From an uncultured Chthonomonadaceae bacterium (GTDB taxonomy: Bacteria > Armatimonadota > Chthonomonadetes > Chthonomonadales > Chthonomonadaceae), in contig CAWFQB010000001.1 of assembly GCA_963817895.1 (NCBI GenBank), forward strand, positions 1,376,001-1,440,000: a stretch of DNA of 64,000 nucleotides. Direction: 5' to 3'. Position 1 is the first letter of the stretch, and each line of letters begins with the position of its first letter. This document shows positions 1-10,175 of this stretch, piece by piece. A program made the position numbers and the translations under genes. The notes beneath the pieces are model-generated. The model worked only from the letters and a program-made list of their open reading frames with translations. It did not search any database and had not been told where the DNA came from.

Positions 1-168
1 GGGCTGACCTTTCTGGGCGGAGGACTGGTCACAATATGGGGCGCGTTCCTGCTGACCAGTCCGGTTACGGCGCTGCTAACGTGGCGTCGTTTCCATTACC
101 GCATAGAGGAACTGACAGCAGAAGAGGACATATACAGTAGCGCCGATGCCCTGAAATGAGACTGGAAA

Positions 169-1938
169 TCAGCGTTTGGTATAGACGGTCAGGGTTGGCA
201 GGATATACAGCAGGTCGTCGGGGATAATGGTTCGGTTGGGCGGCAGGCCGAATACGGCAGTTGAGCCGAAGATTTGGGTTTGATAGGCGGCAGGAATAGC
301 CTGTTTCCACGCGACGGCGTTGGGGTAGCGCAGGCGGTCGAGCGGGTGCAGGGTTTCGATGTTGGAAATGACAATGTAGTCCGGCGGGGGAGAGAAAACG
401 TTCGTGTCCCACTCCTGTTCGGGGATGCGCAGTTGATAGCGCGTTATCTCCTGCGCGGCTAATCTGCGGCGGGGCGCGGCCAGTTCGCCAAAGCGGGGCG
501 ACAGGGGCGGCGAGTAGTACCAGGGAACGGTGGCAAAGGCGACGGACGCCCCGTTTGGCGACTGCTCATTCAGATAGGCGGCGGCAAGGTCGCGCGGGTC
601 GGGCTGCGCCATGCGTTGCGTCAGAGCGAACGTATACGCGCCCGTAAGAACGAGAGTGAGCGCTCCTGCCACTTGTAAGATACGCCGAACCGTTTGATTC
701 GCAAGCGGTTCGCAAACCAATCGAGCCGCGAACAGGCACAAGACAGGAAACAGGGGCAGCATATAGCGGGCAAAGCGGACGGCGGAAAACCCGGTCGCGC
801 CAAAATACAGCATCCAGAACGCCAGCAGAAGTATGTCGCCCCGGCTGCGCTGACGGCAGGCGTACACCAGTCCGGCAAGCGATAACAGCAACAGGGGAAT
901 CCCCAAACCGTAGGGCAGCGACACCGCCAGATGATACCACCAACCCGGCCCCGTATTGACGAACAGCAGGCCGTGTCCCGTTCGCGAATGTTCAAACAGT
1001 TCGTACCGGACGCCCGTGCCGTAGTACGTGCCGTTCCAGAACGCGTCCCAGTTGATGAGCGGGCCGGGGCAACCAACAATAAACGCGAACCCGGCGGCTA
1101 TCAGCATCACGACAAAATGCGCTTTACGGTGCAGTTGGCAGGCGTTGGGGTTACGGGTCAAATAGTGGGCAACAAGCGGGGCGATCAGAACCAATCCCGT
1201 GTTGTATTTGGTGGCGGCGCACAGGCCGCAGGCCACTCCCGCCAGCGTATAGGCTCCCCACGCCTGCTTGACCGACATAGTCTCAACATCCAGCAGACGC
1301 GATGATGCCCATAATGCCAGCGTGACAAAGAACGTGGCAGGCACATCTACGGTCAGAAAGTGGGCGTGAACAACGGCCAGGGGCGCAACCGCGTATAGCA
1401 ACGCGCCCCCCAACCCTGTCTGGCGTCCGAACAACCGGGTTCCGAGCGCGAACAGAAGGGGAATTGTGGCCGCGCCGAGCAGCGCGGTCATGGCGCGTCC
1501 CGCCAGAAACAGGCCGGCTCGCTCCGGGGCCTGTCGCGCCATCATTTCCAGGGGTGGAAGGGGCGATTCGGCAGGCGGCGCGGACGTTGTGGGAACCAGT
1601 CCGTAGCCCCTGCCGAACGTTTGCGCGAAGTTTGCCAGATAAAAATAGAACGCGCCGTAGTTGTAGAATTGGGTATCAAGCTGCCCGTGTCCCAGATCAA
1701 CGTTTTGAGTGGCGGCAAAATTGACCAGTTCATCGGGGTGGTACGTGGCAAGGGGATGCTGCGCGTTGGGCAGACTCCAGCCCAACCCCCACAGCCGAAG
1801 TCCCAGACCAAGCAGCAGAATCAGCGTCACCCACCCGACTGTGGGCCAATCGGCTTTGCGCTTGACTTGCGGTTTGCTGTTGACGTCGCTGTTCGCGCTG
1901 CCGCCGGAAGTATCGTTTGGGTTTGCGTTGTGGTTCAC
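169..1938 (-). CDS. GT-C fold membrane glycosyltransferase (ArnT/PMT, GT39/GT83-like)
   Basis: 589-aa ORF with many hydrophobic segments, HPDE motif after the first TM, ATKYN and FARYMLP motifs typical of ArnT/PMT-like proteins. Confidence 0.8.
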   Translation of the reverse strand: MNHNANPNDTSGGSANSDVNSKPQVKRKADWPTVGWVTLILLLGLGLRLWGLGWSLPNAQHPLATYHPDELVNFAATQNVDLGHGQLDTQFYNYGAFYFYLANFAQTFGRGYGLVPTTSAPPAESPLPPLEMMARQAPERAGLFLAGRAMTALLGAATIPLLFALGTRLFGRQTGLGGALLYAVAPLAVVHAHFLTVDVPATFFVTLALWASSRLLDVETMSVKQAWGAYTLAGVACGLCAATKYNTGLVLIAPLVAHYLTRNPNACQLHRKAHFVVMLIAAGFAFIVGCPGPLINWDAFWNGTYYGTGVRYELFEHSRTGHGLLFVNTGPGWWYHLAVSLPYGLGIPLLLLSLAGLVYACRQRSRGDILLLAFWMLYFGATGFSAVRFARYMLPLFPVLCLFAARLVCEPLANQTVRRILQVAGALTLVLTGAYTFALTQRMAQPDPRDLAAAYLNEQSPNGASVAFATVPWYYSPPLSPRFGELAAPRRRLAAQEITRYQLRIPEQEWDTNVFSPPPDYIVISNIETLHPLDRLRYPNAVAWKQAIPAAYQTQIFGSTAVFGLPPNRTIIPDDLLYILPTLTVYTKR

Positions 1939-2162
1939 GGTTGTTATGGCGCAGCCTCGACCCGAACGTTGGGGGCATGGCGCGAACCGGGCGCGAACCA
2001 GGCCGCATACGCCACGCCGCCCATGAGAACAAGGACGAACAACACGCGCAAAACGTAAAGCCTCGCTGCCCGCCGCCGCTGCTGTTTAATCGGACTCGCC
2101 GCTGTTGAAGACGCCAATGCCGTTCTATCCTTTATTGCCGAGCTGCATACAACTTCATGCTA

Positions 2163-2513
2163 TTACAGGGGCCGAAAACGCGCTTGATTTTGAATGTCGT
2201 CTATACTGCCATACTCTGCAAGCAACAGAATGTCGTCAATTACTTCACCAATTGCCTGATTGCTCCTGACTTCTATAACACCCGGCATGAGTAACCCTGC
2301 GGAAACACGTTCGTAGGCGTACTTTGTAATTGTCGCAACATCATGCGTCAACAGGATACGATTTGCTTGCGCAGCCCATTTCAGAACGCTTGGATCATCC
2401 GCGCCGGATAAGCCAACATCCTGTACGCGGGCAATATCAAGTTCAGGCTGTCGCCGCATCAGGCCGCGTACAATGTTACCGTCAAAGTTTTCGTCTGCGA
2501 GAAACGCCAGCAT
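2163..2513 (-). CDS. DUF5615 PIN-like toxin (VapC45-like)
   Basis: FLADEN N-terminus, DDPSVLKWAA...RILLTHD; coupled to the DUF433 gene. Confidence 0.85.
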   Translation of the reverse strand: MLAFLADENFDGNIVRGLMRRQPELDIARVQDVGLSGADDPSVLKWAAQANRILLTHDVATITKYAYERVSAGLLMPGVIEVRSNQAIGEVIDDILLLAEYGSIDDIQNQARFRPL

Positions 2514-2854
2514 TATATCTGCCCATTCTGATTACGGCGGGCAAGCAGTCGTTCGCGTAATCCCGGCGTCAGATTGCCGACATTAGACTGGCGTACCTGC
2601 TCGGCCTGCTCCTGACGTCCGCGTAAATAACCCTCGACTTCAGAATGATGCCGCAAGTAGTAACTGATAACCGCGTGAACATCCGGCAGTGAAAGCGCAT
2701 CGTAACGCAGAACAATCTCTTCGGCGTTTGCGCCCTGCCGGTAAGCGTCAATTACTGTGTCAAGCGTGACCCGCGTTCCGCCGACTCGTACAACGCCATC
2801 TGCATCCGTGTGCAGCGGCGGCGCTTCAGCAACAAAAACTTCCAGTAACGCCAT
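2513..2854 (-). CDS. DUF433 antitoxin (VapB45-like)
   Basis: VGGTRVTLDTVI...G..AEEI...Y..LSLPDVHAVISYY signature; stop overlaps the PIN gene start. Confidence 0.85.
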   Translation of the reverse strand: MALLEVFVAEAPPLHTDADGVVRVGGTRVTLDTVIDAYRQGANAEEIVLRYDALSLPDVHAVISYYLRHHSEVEGYLRGRQEQAEQVRQSNVGNLTPGLRERLLARRNQNGQI

Positions 2855-2910
2855 AATGCCTCCTGCCTTAATTTTTGCTTCTTTCAGGTTATTCTACCTC
2901 AGTAACAGCG

Positions 2911-4290
2911 TCAGGCGCGGAAGCAAACTACTTTGAGTTCCGTCATCTCTTCCATGGCGAAGCGGACGCCTTCACGTCCTAATCCGCTCTGCTTGCGCCC
3001 GCCGTAGGGCATCAGGTCGGAACGGAAGGTGGGAATGTCGTTAATCATAACCGCGCCTGCAATCAGTTCGCGAGCGGCGGTCAGGGCTTCGCGCAGGTCG
3101 TTGGTGTAAATGCCCGCGTTCAGGCCATACGGCGTGTCGTTGGCAAGCGCAATGGCGTCGTCGAGCGTGTCATACGGCATCAGAAAAATCAATGGCGCGA
3201 ACGCTTCCTCAACCGCAAGAGAGGCGTCACGCGGTATATCCGTAAGCACGGTGGGCGCATACTGGCTCGAACTCAACCGCGTTCCGCCCGAACGGATTTT
3301 CGCGCCCGCTTTTCGCGCCGCTTCAACCGCGCCGGCAACCCGGTCACACGCTTCCCCGTTGATAAGCGTACCCACATCCGTTGCTTCCTCTGAGGGATCG
3401 CCCACGCGCAAGGCCTGTACGCGCGGCAAAATCAACGCCGCCAGTTGTTCCCGAACCGCTTCCTGCACAATCACGCGCTGCACGGAAATGCACAACTGCC
3501 CCGCAACCGCGAACCCGCCCCGCACAATGGCCTCCGCCGCGTCTTCCAGATTCGCGCTCGGCGTGATGATAACAGGGCTGTTGCCGCCCAATTCCAACGC
3601 GACTTTTTTGTAACCGGCGCGACCCGGCAGGCGCATGCCCACTTCCCGACTGCCCGTAAACGACACAAACGCCACATCGGGATGCGTGACGAGGGCGTCC
3701 CCCGCTTCCTCGCCCAATCCGGTGACAACCGCTAGAGCGCCTTCGGGCAATCCCGCTTCCCGCAGAATGTCGGCCAGTTGCAGGGCAATTAGAGGCGTTT
3801 GTTCCGCCGGTTTGTGTACGACTGTATTACCCGCGCCCAATGCAGGGGCAATTTTATGCGCGGTAAGCGCGAGCGGCACATTCCAGGGGGTGATTGCGCC
3901 GACCACGCCTATTGGTTCGCGCGTCCAGTAGCCGGTTCGTCCCTCGCCGTTTGCAAACGCATCGAACGGCAGGGTTTCCCCGTGCAGTCGCCGCGTTTCT
4001 TCAGCCGCAAGCTGGAAAATGCCCGCCGCCCGTTCTACTTCCGCCCGCGTTTCCCGAATGGTCTTGCCCGACTCGGACGTTATCAACCGCGCCAGCGATT
4101 CCGTTCGTTCCCGCAGCAATCGCGCGGTTTCGCTCAAAATCGCCGCCCGCTGATGCAGGGGCATCGCGCGCATTTGCGGGGCAACGGACTGCGCCGTTTT
4201 CACCGCGCTTGCCACATCCTGCGCCGTTCCCCGCGCCACCCGCCCGACCTCCGCGCCCGTATACGGATTCACCACCGCCAGCGTATCCAT
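2911..4290 (-). CDS. Aldehyde dehydrogenase
   Basis: ITPWN, FTGS, LELGGN, GQLCIS catalytic Cys, EEAFAP, PYGGRKQSGLGREG; start taken at MDTLAVVNP. Confidence 0.93.
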   Translation of the reverse strand: MDTLAVVNPYTGAEVGRVARGTAQDVASAVKTAQSVAPQMRAMPLHQRAAILSETARLLRERTESLARLITSESGKTIRETRAEVERAAGIFQLAAEETRRLHGETLPFDAFANGEGRTGYWTREPIGVVGAITPWNVPLALTAHKIAPALGAGNTVVHKPAEQTPLIALQLADILREAGLPEGALAVVTGLGEEAGDALVTHPDVAFVSFTGSREVGMRLPGRAGYKKVALELGGNSPVIITPSANLEDAAEAIVRGGFAVAGQLCISVQRVIVQEAVREQLAALILPRVQALRVGDPSEEATDVGTLINGEACDRVAGAVEAARKAGAKIRSGGTRLSSSQYAPTVLTDIPRDASLAVEEAFAPLIFLMPYDTLDDAIALANDTPYGLNAGIYTNDLREALTAARELIAGAVMINDIPTFRSDLMPYGGRKQSGLGREGVRFAMEEMTELKVVCFRA

Positions 4291-4295
4291 ACTGC

Positions 4296-5630
4296 TTATC
4301 TGCCCTCTTCCATGACCGCTACCAATGTCGGCACGAGTTGTTTTTTGCGGGACACGATTTCGTGCAGGTCGAACTCGTTTTCGCCCTGCCGCGCGAACGG
4401 AAATGAGGCTAATATCCAGTTTTCGCCCTGACACAGCAGATGGCTCAAGCCCTCGACAACATCTGTGACCATCAGGCAGGCGAGGGCGAGTCCCTCGCGT
4501 TCGCGCTGACGCTCCAATGCGGCGAGTATCTCTTCGCGGCGTTGCGGCAATTCCTGAAAGCCCGTCACTTCGGCCTGCGCGATGCTGACCTGCTTGCCGC
4601 CCATCTCGTACTTTTTGCGGTCGGCGTCAATGATCTCTTCCACTTCGCGGGCGGTCAGGCCGGGGGCCGCTCGCAGCAACTCGTTGCCGTAGATTTCCAC
4701 ATTGGTCTGGCTCAGGTCGGCAAGCCAGGCGGCCATTTCAATGTCGCGGTCAGTGGTGGTAGGAGAACGGAACACAAGCGTATCCGACAGAATGCCTGAC
4801 AGCATCATACCGGCCAGTCCGAGGGGCGGCTGGAAACCGTGCTGCTGACAGTGTTCCCCGACGAGGGTACAGGTGCTGCCGACAGGCTCGACGACAAAGG
4901 GAATCGGTGAAGCCGTGGAAGCGTTGCCCAGCCGGTGGTGATCCAGCACGGCCACAATATCGGCTTCATCCGCGCCCGAAACCGCCTGCGCCAGTTCGTT
5001 GTGGTCTACCAGCACCAGTCGGGCGCGCGGGGGTTCCAGAATACGCCGCCGCGTGGCAATCCCTTGAAAACAGTTGTCGCCATCCACCACAATGAAATCG
5101 TCTTCATCACTGCGCAGGAGCGAGGCGCGGTGGTCGCTCAACCGATCCTGCGCGTGAAACGTGGAAACGCTTTCCGCCACATCCCGGCACGGCTGCTTGA
5201 AGGGGTTGGTGGAATTGGACAGCGACACGGACGCGGCGCGGGCAAGGGCAAGGGGCGTGACAATGCCGCAGCAAACGTTGTTCTCATCCACAACCGGCAC
5301 GACGCGCAGGCCTGACGCCAGATGCGTAATTGCTTCCGCAAGGGGCGCGTCCGGCTTAACGGTCGCCTGCGGACGCGCCACATGCCCGAAGGTGGGCGCA
5401 ACACCGGTCATTAAGCGCGGCGGGATTTGCCCGAAACGCTCGAGCGCAAAGCGAGTTTGCTCTACGGGCTGCCCGGCCCGGATTGCGCGAACTTTCTCCA
5501 CTCCTGTCTGCTGCAAAAACCACGCATAGCCCAGTGCCGAGCCGATGGCGTCCGTGTCCGGGCGTTGATGCCCAATTACATACGTGGTTTCCGGGTCCCA
5601 CGTCTCGTAACGATCTTTGACTGTCTCCAA
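4296..5630 (-). CDS. ppaC: Family II Mn-dependent inorganic pyrophosphatase with CBS domains
   Basis: GHQRPDTDA, LVDHNE, DHH, ILSDT..F.SPTTT, C-terminal SRKKQ, CBS-like insert. Confidence 0.9.
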   Translation of the reverse strand: METVKDRYETWDPETTYVIGHQRPDTDAIGSALGYAWFLQQTGVEKVRAIRAGQPVEQTRFALERFGQIPPRLMTGVAPTFGHVARPQATVKPDAPLAEAITHLASGLRVVPVVDENNVCCGIVTPLALARAASVSLSNSTNPFKQPCRDVAESVSTFHAQDRLSDHRASLLRSDEDDFIVVDGDNCFQGIATRRRILEPPRARLVLVDHNELAQAVSGADEADIVAVLDHHRLGNASTASPIPFVVEPVGSTCTLVGEHCQQHGFQPPLGLAGMMLSGILSDTLVFRSPTTTDRDIEMAAWLADLSQTNVEIYGNELLRAAPGLTAREVEEIIDADRKKYEMGGKQVSIAQAEVTGFQELPQRREEILAALERQREREGLALACLMVTDVVEGLSHLLCQGENWILASFPFARQGENEFDLHEIVSRKKQLVPTLVAVMEEGR

Positions 5631-5759
5631 TTCGTCCTCATCTCACCATTACTGCCTGTTGACTGTTTGTTCGCGATACAAAATACTGCTTTCATTATGG
5701 CATGGAACCGCCATTCGGCACACAAAACAGTGACCGGATATGGCATGTTATCCCACGAA

Positions 5760-5808
5760 TAGCCCTCAACCCCCGTCGGGTCTCCCAAAAAGCCTGGGAG
5801 AAGGGGAG
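5760..5808. repeat. REP-like palindrome (CCCCTTCTCCC..GGGAGAAGGGG family), copy 1
   Basis: tagccctcaaccccc...tctccc aaaaagcct gggagaagggga; inverted relative to the copy at 7330-7380. Confidence 0.75.
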
Positions 5809-5865
5809 TCACTCATATTCATGCTCTGTGGCGCACGAAGCGTATGGTAACTGTGGTGAAACGCA

Positions 5866-7257
5866 TCAAACAGCCTCATGGATGCGGGCCAGCAGGCGGG
5901 CAAGATGGCGCGTTCCCCGCGTGAAGTCGTCCAGGCGAATGTTCTCATTGGGGGCATGGGCGCGCAGTCCGGGGTATTCGATACCGGGACTGGTGACGGG
6001 CAGGCCGAGGAACCCGGAAAACCACCACATCGGCCCGGACCCGCCAAGCAGGGGCGCGATGGAAGCGGGCTGGCCGTATATCTCCCGCGCGGTTTCTGCC
6101 GACAGACGCACAAGCGGATGATCCGCGTCTACGCGGGCCGGACGCTGACCGCCGAGATAGCGAATCTCAACATCGGCAAAACCGTGCGCGTCCAGATGGC
6201 TGCGCAGGCTGCGGTGTACGTCTTCGGGGTCCTGGTCGGGAACCAGACGAAAATCCATTTTGGCGCGGGCTTCGGAAGGAAGCACGGTTTTCGCGCCCAT
6301 GCCCTGCCAGCCGCTATCCAAACCGCACAGGGTCAGGGTCGGCTCGAAAACGGCGCGACGCTTGAATTCCAGGCCGGTTGTCTGCGCCCCGCCGAGTATC
6401 GTGTGTTCGGTCAGACCGAACTGTTCGCGGAACGTGGATTCGTTGGGAGGAAGGGCGTCCAGCAGTTGCAAATCGCGCAGGGTGGGCAGGCGGGCTTTGT
6501 CGTAATGGCCGGGGAGGAGAATACGTTCGTTAGCGTCCTTGAGCGTGGACAACGCCCACACCAGCCGCCAGGCTGCATTGGGAAGCAGCGAACCGCCGTT
6601 GCCGGAGTGGGCGTCGTAAGCGATGGTTTTGACATGCAGTTCAAAATACGCGATGCCGCGCATACCGCAATACAGGGCAGGGGTTCCGTTTTCGTCCTCG
6701 CCGCCCTCCTCCCAGATGCAGGCGTCGGCGGAAAGCAGGTCTCGATTGGCCTGTACCCACGCGCCGATGTGCGGACTGCCGACTTCTTCTTCGCCCTCCG
6801 CCACAAACTTGACATGAAAGGGCAATGTGCCGCCATGCGCCTGCCGTACCGCGTCCAGCGCCAGCAGACGGGAAACAATATGCCCCTTGTCGTCGCCCAC
6901 GCCCCGCGCAATGGCCTTGCCGTCACGAAAAGTCAGTTCAAACGGCGGGCTGTCCCACAGGTCGAGCGGCTCGGCGGGCTGCACGTCATAATGGTTGTAG
7001 AACAATACGGTAGGCGCGTCTGCGCGATTGCCCTGCGCGGTTCCAAAGGCGATGGGCGGGCCACCCTCAACCGGCATGATTTGCGCGTCCAAACCATGCG
7101 CCCGCATCAGGTCGGCCACCAGTTCCGCGCAGGGTTCCAGATGCTCGCCTTTTGCGGACACGCTCGGAATCGCGCATAGCCGCGCTAACTCCGCCAGCGC
7201 GTTCGCCTGCCCCGACAAAACGGCGGCATCCATTTCGGCGTTGATTGTATCGAGCAT
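5866..7257 (-). CDS. M20/M25/M40 metallopeptidase
   Basis: YNHYDVQP, ARGVGDDKG, EGEEEVGS, HAPNE motifs. Confidence 0.92.
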   Translation of the reverse strand: MLDTINAEMDAAVLSGQANALAELARLCAIPSVSAKGEHLEPCAELVADLMRAHGLDAQIMPVEGGPPIAFGTAQGNRADAPTVLFYNHYDVQPAEPLDLWDSPPFELTFRDGKAIARGVGDDKGHIVSRLLALDAVRQAHGGTLPFHVKFVAEGEEEVGSPHIGAWVQANRDLLSADACIWEEGGEDENGTPALYCGMRGIAYFELHVKTIAYDAHSGNGGSLLPNAAWRLVWALSTLKDANERILLPGHYDKARLPTLRDLQLLDALPPNESTFREQFGLTEHTILGGAQTTGLEFKRRAVFEPTLTLCGLDSGWQGMGAKTVLPSEARAKMDFRLVPDQDPEDVHRSLRSHLDAHGFADVEIRYLGGQRPARVDADHPLVRLSAETAREIYGQPASIAPLLGGSGPMWWFSGFLGLPVTSPGIEYPGLRAHAPNENIRLDDFTRGTRHLARLLARIHEAV

Positions 7258-7329
7258 GGTTTGTATCCGGCTCCCCTTGTATGCTTAACCCCGTGAATAA
7301 TGTTCGCCTGATAGCATTGAAACAAGCGA

Positions 7330-7380
7330 CTCCCCTTCTCCCAAGCTTTTTTGGGAGAAGGGGTTGGGGGTTGAGGGCTA
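7330..7380. repeat. REP-like palindrome, copy 2
   Basis: tccccttctcccaa gctttt ttgggagaagggg ttgggggttgagggcta. Confidence 0.8.
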
Positions 7381-7399
7381 TGTTTGCTTGCGCTTCTTG

Positions 7400-7810
7400 T
7401 TACGGGCGCAGGCTGCTATAAGGTAACGGGCTGCCCGAATGTTCAAATAACCGGACATTGTTGGAATCGCAAAGCACTATCAGGCCGACAATGCCCAGAA
7501 TGGTTCCCACCGGCGCAACGGTTATTTCCAGCACGGAAAGGACAATTCCGCCCGCCCGCGCCCAGGGTTGAAGGGTAATCAGTCCCCATCCGACAAGGAA
7601 ACCCGGAATTGCCAGAACCGCGGAAATTCCGAAAACGATCATTCCGAAGATCAGCATCACGGGCAGGGCGGCATGGGCTTCCTGCCCGCCTGTTACGGTC
7701 GCCAGCCCGCCAAACATTCCCATCACTATGAGGGCGACAATTCCGACGAACAGATGCAGCCCGCTCACGATGATATGCGCCCAACCCAACGTCGTCACAT
7801 TGTTTCGCAT
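7400..7810 (-). CDS. Small membrane protein (3-4 TM)
   Basis: Hydrophobic 136-aa ORF, GWGL...PWAR...P.GT.LG pattern, SD-like ggggag upstream. Confidence 0.7.
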   Translation of the reverse strand: MRNNVTTLGWAHIIVSGLHLFVGIVALIVMGMFGGLATVTGGQEAHAALPVMLIFGMIVFGISAVLAIPGFLVGWGLITLQPWARAGGIVLSVLEITVAPVGTILGIVGLIVLCDSNNVRLFEHSGSPLPYSSLRP

Positions 7811-8025
7811 TGCAATCTCCCCCGCGTCTTTTTCCTACGCGCCAAAAACACAGCCAATTTCTGATTATATCGCACATATCATCAGGGACGGACGAAAGCG
7901 GGGGCCGGCTACCAGTCGGAAATACGAAATTGGGACACAGCATTCGGGAAAAAGCAAAAGAGGGATGGAGGATGGGGTTAAGAGAAATTCATCCCTTATC
8001 CCTCATCCCACATCCCTCCGCGCGA

Positions 8026-8097
8026 AGGAGCCGACCAGAATCGAACTGGTGATGACGGTTTTGCAGACCGCTCCCTTAGCCACTTGGGCACGGCTCC
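8026..8097 (-). tRNA. tRNA-Cys(GCA)
   Basis: Reverse complement GGAGCCGTGCCCAAGTGGCTAAGGGAGCGGTCTGCAAAACCGTCATCACCAGTTCGATTCTGGTCGGCTCCT folds as a cloverleaf with anticodon GCA. Confidence 0.95.
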
Positions 8098-8237
8098 ATA
8101 ATCGGGGCGCGACAAACGCCGACAGGCACAGATTTCAAACAGCGCAAGAAGAACATAATCAATTCAGACAAACCAATGCCGGACACGAGAGTCCGGCATT
8201 GCTACGCCCTCTCAAACCGTTCCAGCAACCCTGCGCA

Positions 8238-8309
<72 letters not shown>

Positions 8310-8321
8310 AGATAAAACATA

Positions 8322-8726
8322 TCAAATCTCGAAATCTACTGCCCAACGTATATTCTTCACCTGATTGTTAGCAGGTGGATCAACACGCAGAATACCCAAC
8401 GCTTGACTAACGGCTTCCCGTGGAACTAAATAGGTCTTCTGGTTGGCGGGACAATATACTCCATAAAAATCTACTTTGTCGCCGTAGCATTTACGAGTAT
8501 GTTTAGCCGTCCCTTGCTGCGCCATCGTGTACAGGTTGAACTGTACAGTACCCTGCTTCAACCGACCAGTTTTACACTGGATACGAAAAAAACAACCATT
8601 CTCTTCCATCACAAGATCGTAATCTTGCTGATTCCCAAAAGGGATGAGAACTGTTTTTCCGGCTTTCAGCAATGCGGCGAGAATAACACCTTCTGTAGTG
8701 GTTCCAATCTGTGTAGTATTTGCCAT
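8322..8726 (-). CDS. PD-(D/E)XK endonuclease, I-Ssp6803I-like (group I intron-associated family), free-standing
   Basis: G...E...A.L...G..V.IPFG....YDLV......RIQCKT...Y...VDFYGVYCP..; 134 aa; AT-rich. Confidence 0.82.
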   Translation of the reverse strand: MANTTQIGTTTEGVILAALLKAGKTVLIPFGNQQDYDLVMEENGCFFRIQCKTGRLKQGTVQFNLYTMAQQGTAKHTRKCYGDKVDFYGVYCPANQKTYLVPREAVSQALGILRVDPPANNQVKNIRWAVDFEI

Positions 8727-8775
8727 TTGGAACCTCAGCTAAACACTTACGGAAAAACCACCTAACTTCACACAC

Positions 8776-8804
8776 ATTATAAGCCTGTATGAGGCATTTG
8801 TCAA
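8776..8804 (-). promoter_or_regulatory. Consensus sigma70 promoter for the endonuclease-tRNA transcript
   Basis: Minus strand TTGACA-aatgcctcatacaggct (17 nt)-TATAAT. Confidence 0.85.
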
Positions 8805-8835
8805 GGGCGCAATTGTAATGGGTAAAAAAACAATG

Positions 8836-9384
8836 CTACTCCGAGGCCGCAGCGAAAAATTTTCTACCCTCTTCCACTAGACGTTTCGCCTGTGCCGCAT
8901 CGCCGCGAGTGAGGGGTTTGAACGTTTTACCTGCCAGTTGATTGTAGGACACGAAGAAATGTTCGATCTCCGTTACCAGGCTGTTGGGCAAATCGCTTAA
9001 CTCATGTATATCCTTGTAATCTTGGGAACAGGTGGGAACCGCGAGAAGGCGGTCATTGCGCTCCGTTTTGCCGTCCCGTTCCGTCTGCTCGGCCTCAATC
9101 ACGCCAATTAAACGCGACGGCACAAGGTTGCCCTGAAACAGGGGCGCGTCCAGCAGGATCAGCACATCTAGCGGGTTGCCGTCCTCGCCCTGCGTGGAGG
9201 GGAGAAAACCGAAGTCGTAGGGAAACACGCTGCCAACCGGCATCACTTTTGTCAGGACGAACACGCCCTTATCCGCCTCGTAAGCGAACTTGCTGCGGCT
9301 GCCCTGCGGCGTTTCAATGATGATCTGCGCGTCGCCGGTTTCGGCGTCATACGTTTCCAGAGTCAGCAGTGAGGATTGAGACAT
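8836..9384 (-). CDS. ppa: Family I inorganic pyrophosphatase
   Basis: IETPQGSRSK, PYDFGFLPST.GEDGNPLDVL (canonical DGDPLD, one D replaced by N), IEHFF..Y. Confidence 0.87.
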   Translation of the reverse strand: MSQSSLLTLETYDAETGDAQIIIETPQGSRSKFAYEADKGVFVLTKVMPVGSVFPYDFGFLPSTQGEDGNPLDVLILLDAPLFQGNLVPSRLIGVIEAEQTERDGKTERNDRLLAVPTCSQDYKDIHELSDLPNSLVTEIEHFFVSYNQLAGKTFKPLTRGDAAQAKRLVEEGRKFFAAASE

Positions 9385-9447
9385 AAAACTACTTCCTTGC
9401 GCGTTTGTAGAATTCAGACGACGATCTTTATAATGCAATCGTGGCGG

Positions 9448-10074
9448 TCAGGCGTATTTGACCATCAGGGACTCGACAAGTCCGGCGACTTTCTCGCAAC
9501 GGTTGATGGCCTTTTCGATGCGCTCATAGACCTCTTTCCACTTGATGAGCGCGCGGGCGTCCAGCGCGGCATCGTCCAGCAGTTCGGAAAGCGCCTGCCA
9601 GAAAATTTTGTCCGACTGCTTTTCCAGCGCGTGAATACCGCCCATGACAGCGGATAATTCCGACTTCTTGAAGCCGTGCCGAAGTTGGCTGACCAAGGTT
9701 TGCGTCTCCTGCGTGATGCCCACAAGCAGCGAAGCGAGCGCGGGGAGGTCGGAACGGGGGGCAGTCAGATGGAACGCGCCGATACGCAGCGCGGCTGCTT
9801 CAATGGCGTCCGTAATACCGTCCAGACGTTCGGACAGCCTGTGCAGATCGCTTTTATCCAGGGGAGTGACGAACCGGCTGTCCACGCGGGCATTCAGCGT
9901 ATACGTGAGTTTGTCCGCCTCATGCTCGATGTCTTCCAGCCGTTTGAGGTACACGGGCATATCGGCGAAGTCGCTGACAAGAGATAAAAAGACGGTGGCG
10001 GCATCATACGCCGCCGCCGCCTGCGCTTCCAGCAGATCGTAGAAAACGGTATCTTGTTTGTTTGAGAACAGCAT
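9448..10074 (-). CDS. DUF47 (PhoU-like) phosphate transport regulator
   Basis: IEHEADK, FVTPLDKSD, LEKQSD, IKWKEVYE.IE.A..RCE, VKYA end. Confidence 0.88.
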   Translation of the reverse strand: MLFSNKQDTVFYDLLEAQAAAAYDAATVFLSLVSDFADMPVYLKRLEDIEHEADKLTYTLNARVDSRFVTPLDKSDLHRLSERLDGITDAIEAAALRIGAFHLTAPRSDLPALASLLVGITQETQTLVSQLRHGFKKSELSAVMGGIHALEKQSDKIFWQALSELLDDAALDARALIKWKEVYERIEKAINRCEKVAGLVESLMVKYA

Positions 10075-10175
10075 GAGCGAAGAAAATTCCTTCACAATCG
10101 GCATTGTTCCCACTATGATACCTTAACATTGTCTTAATAATTGCGCGACTTCTTAATATAAAGAAGCCGCTTGAT

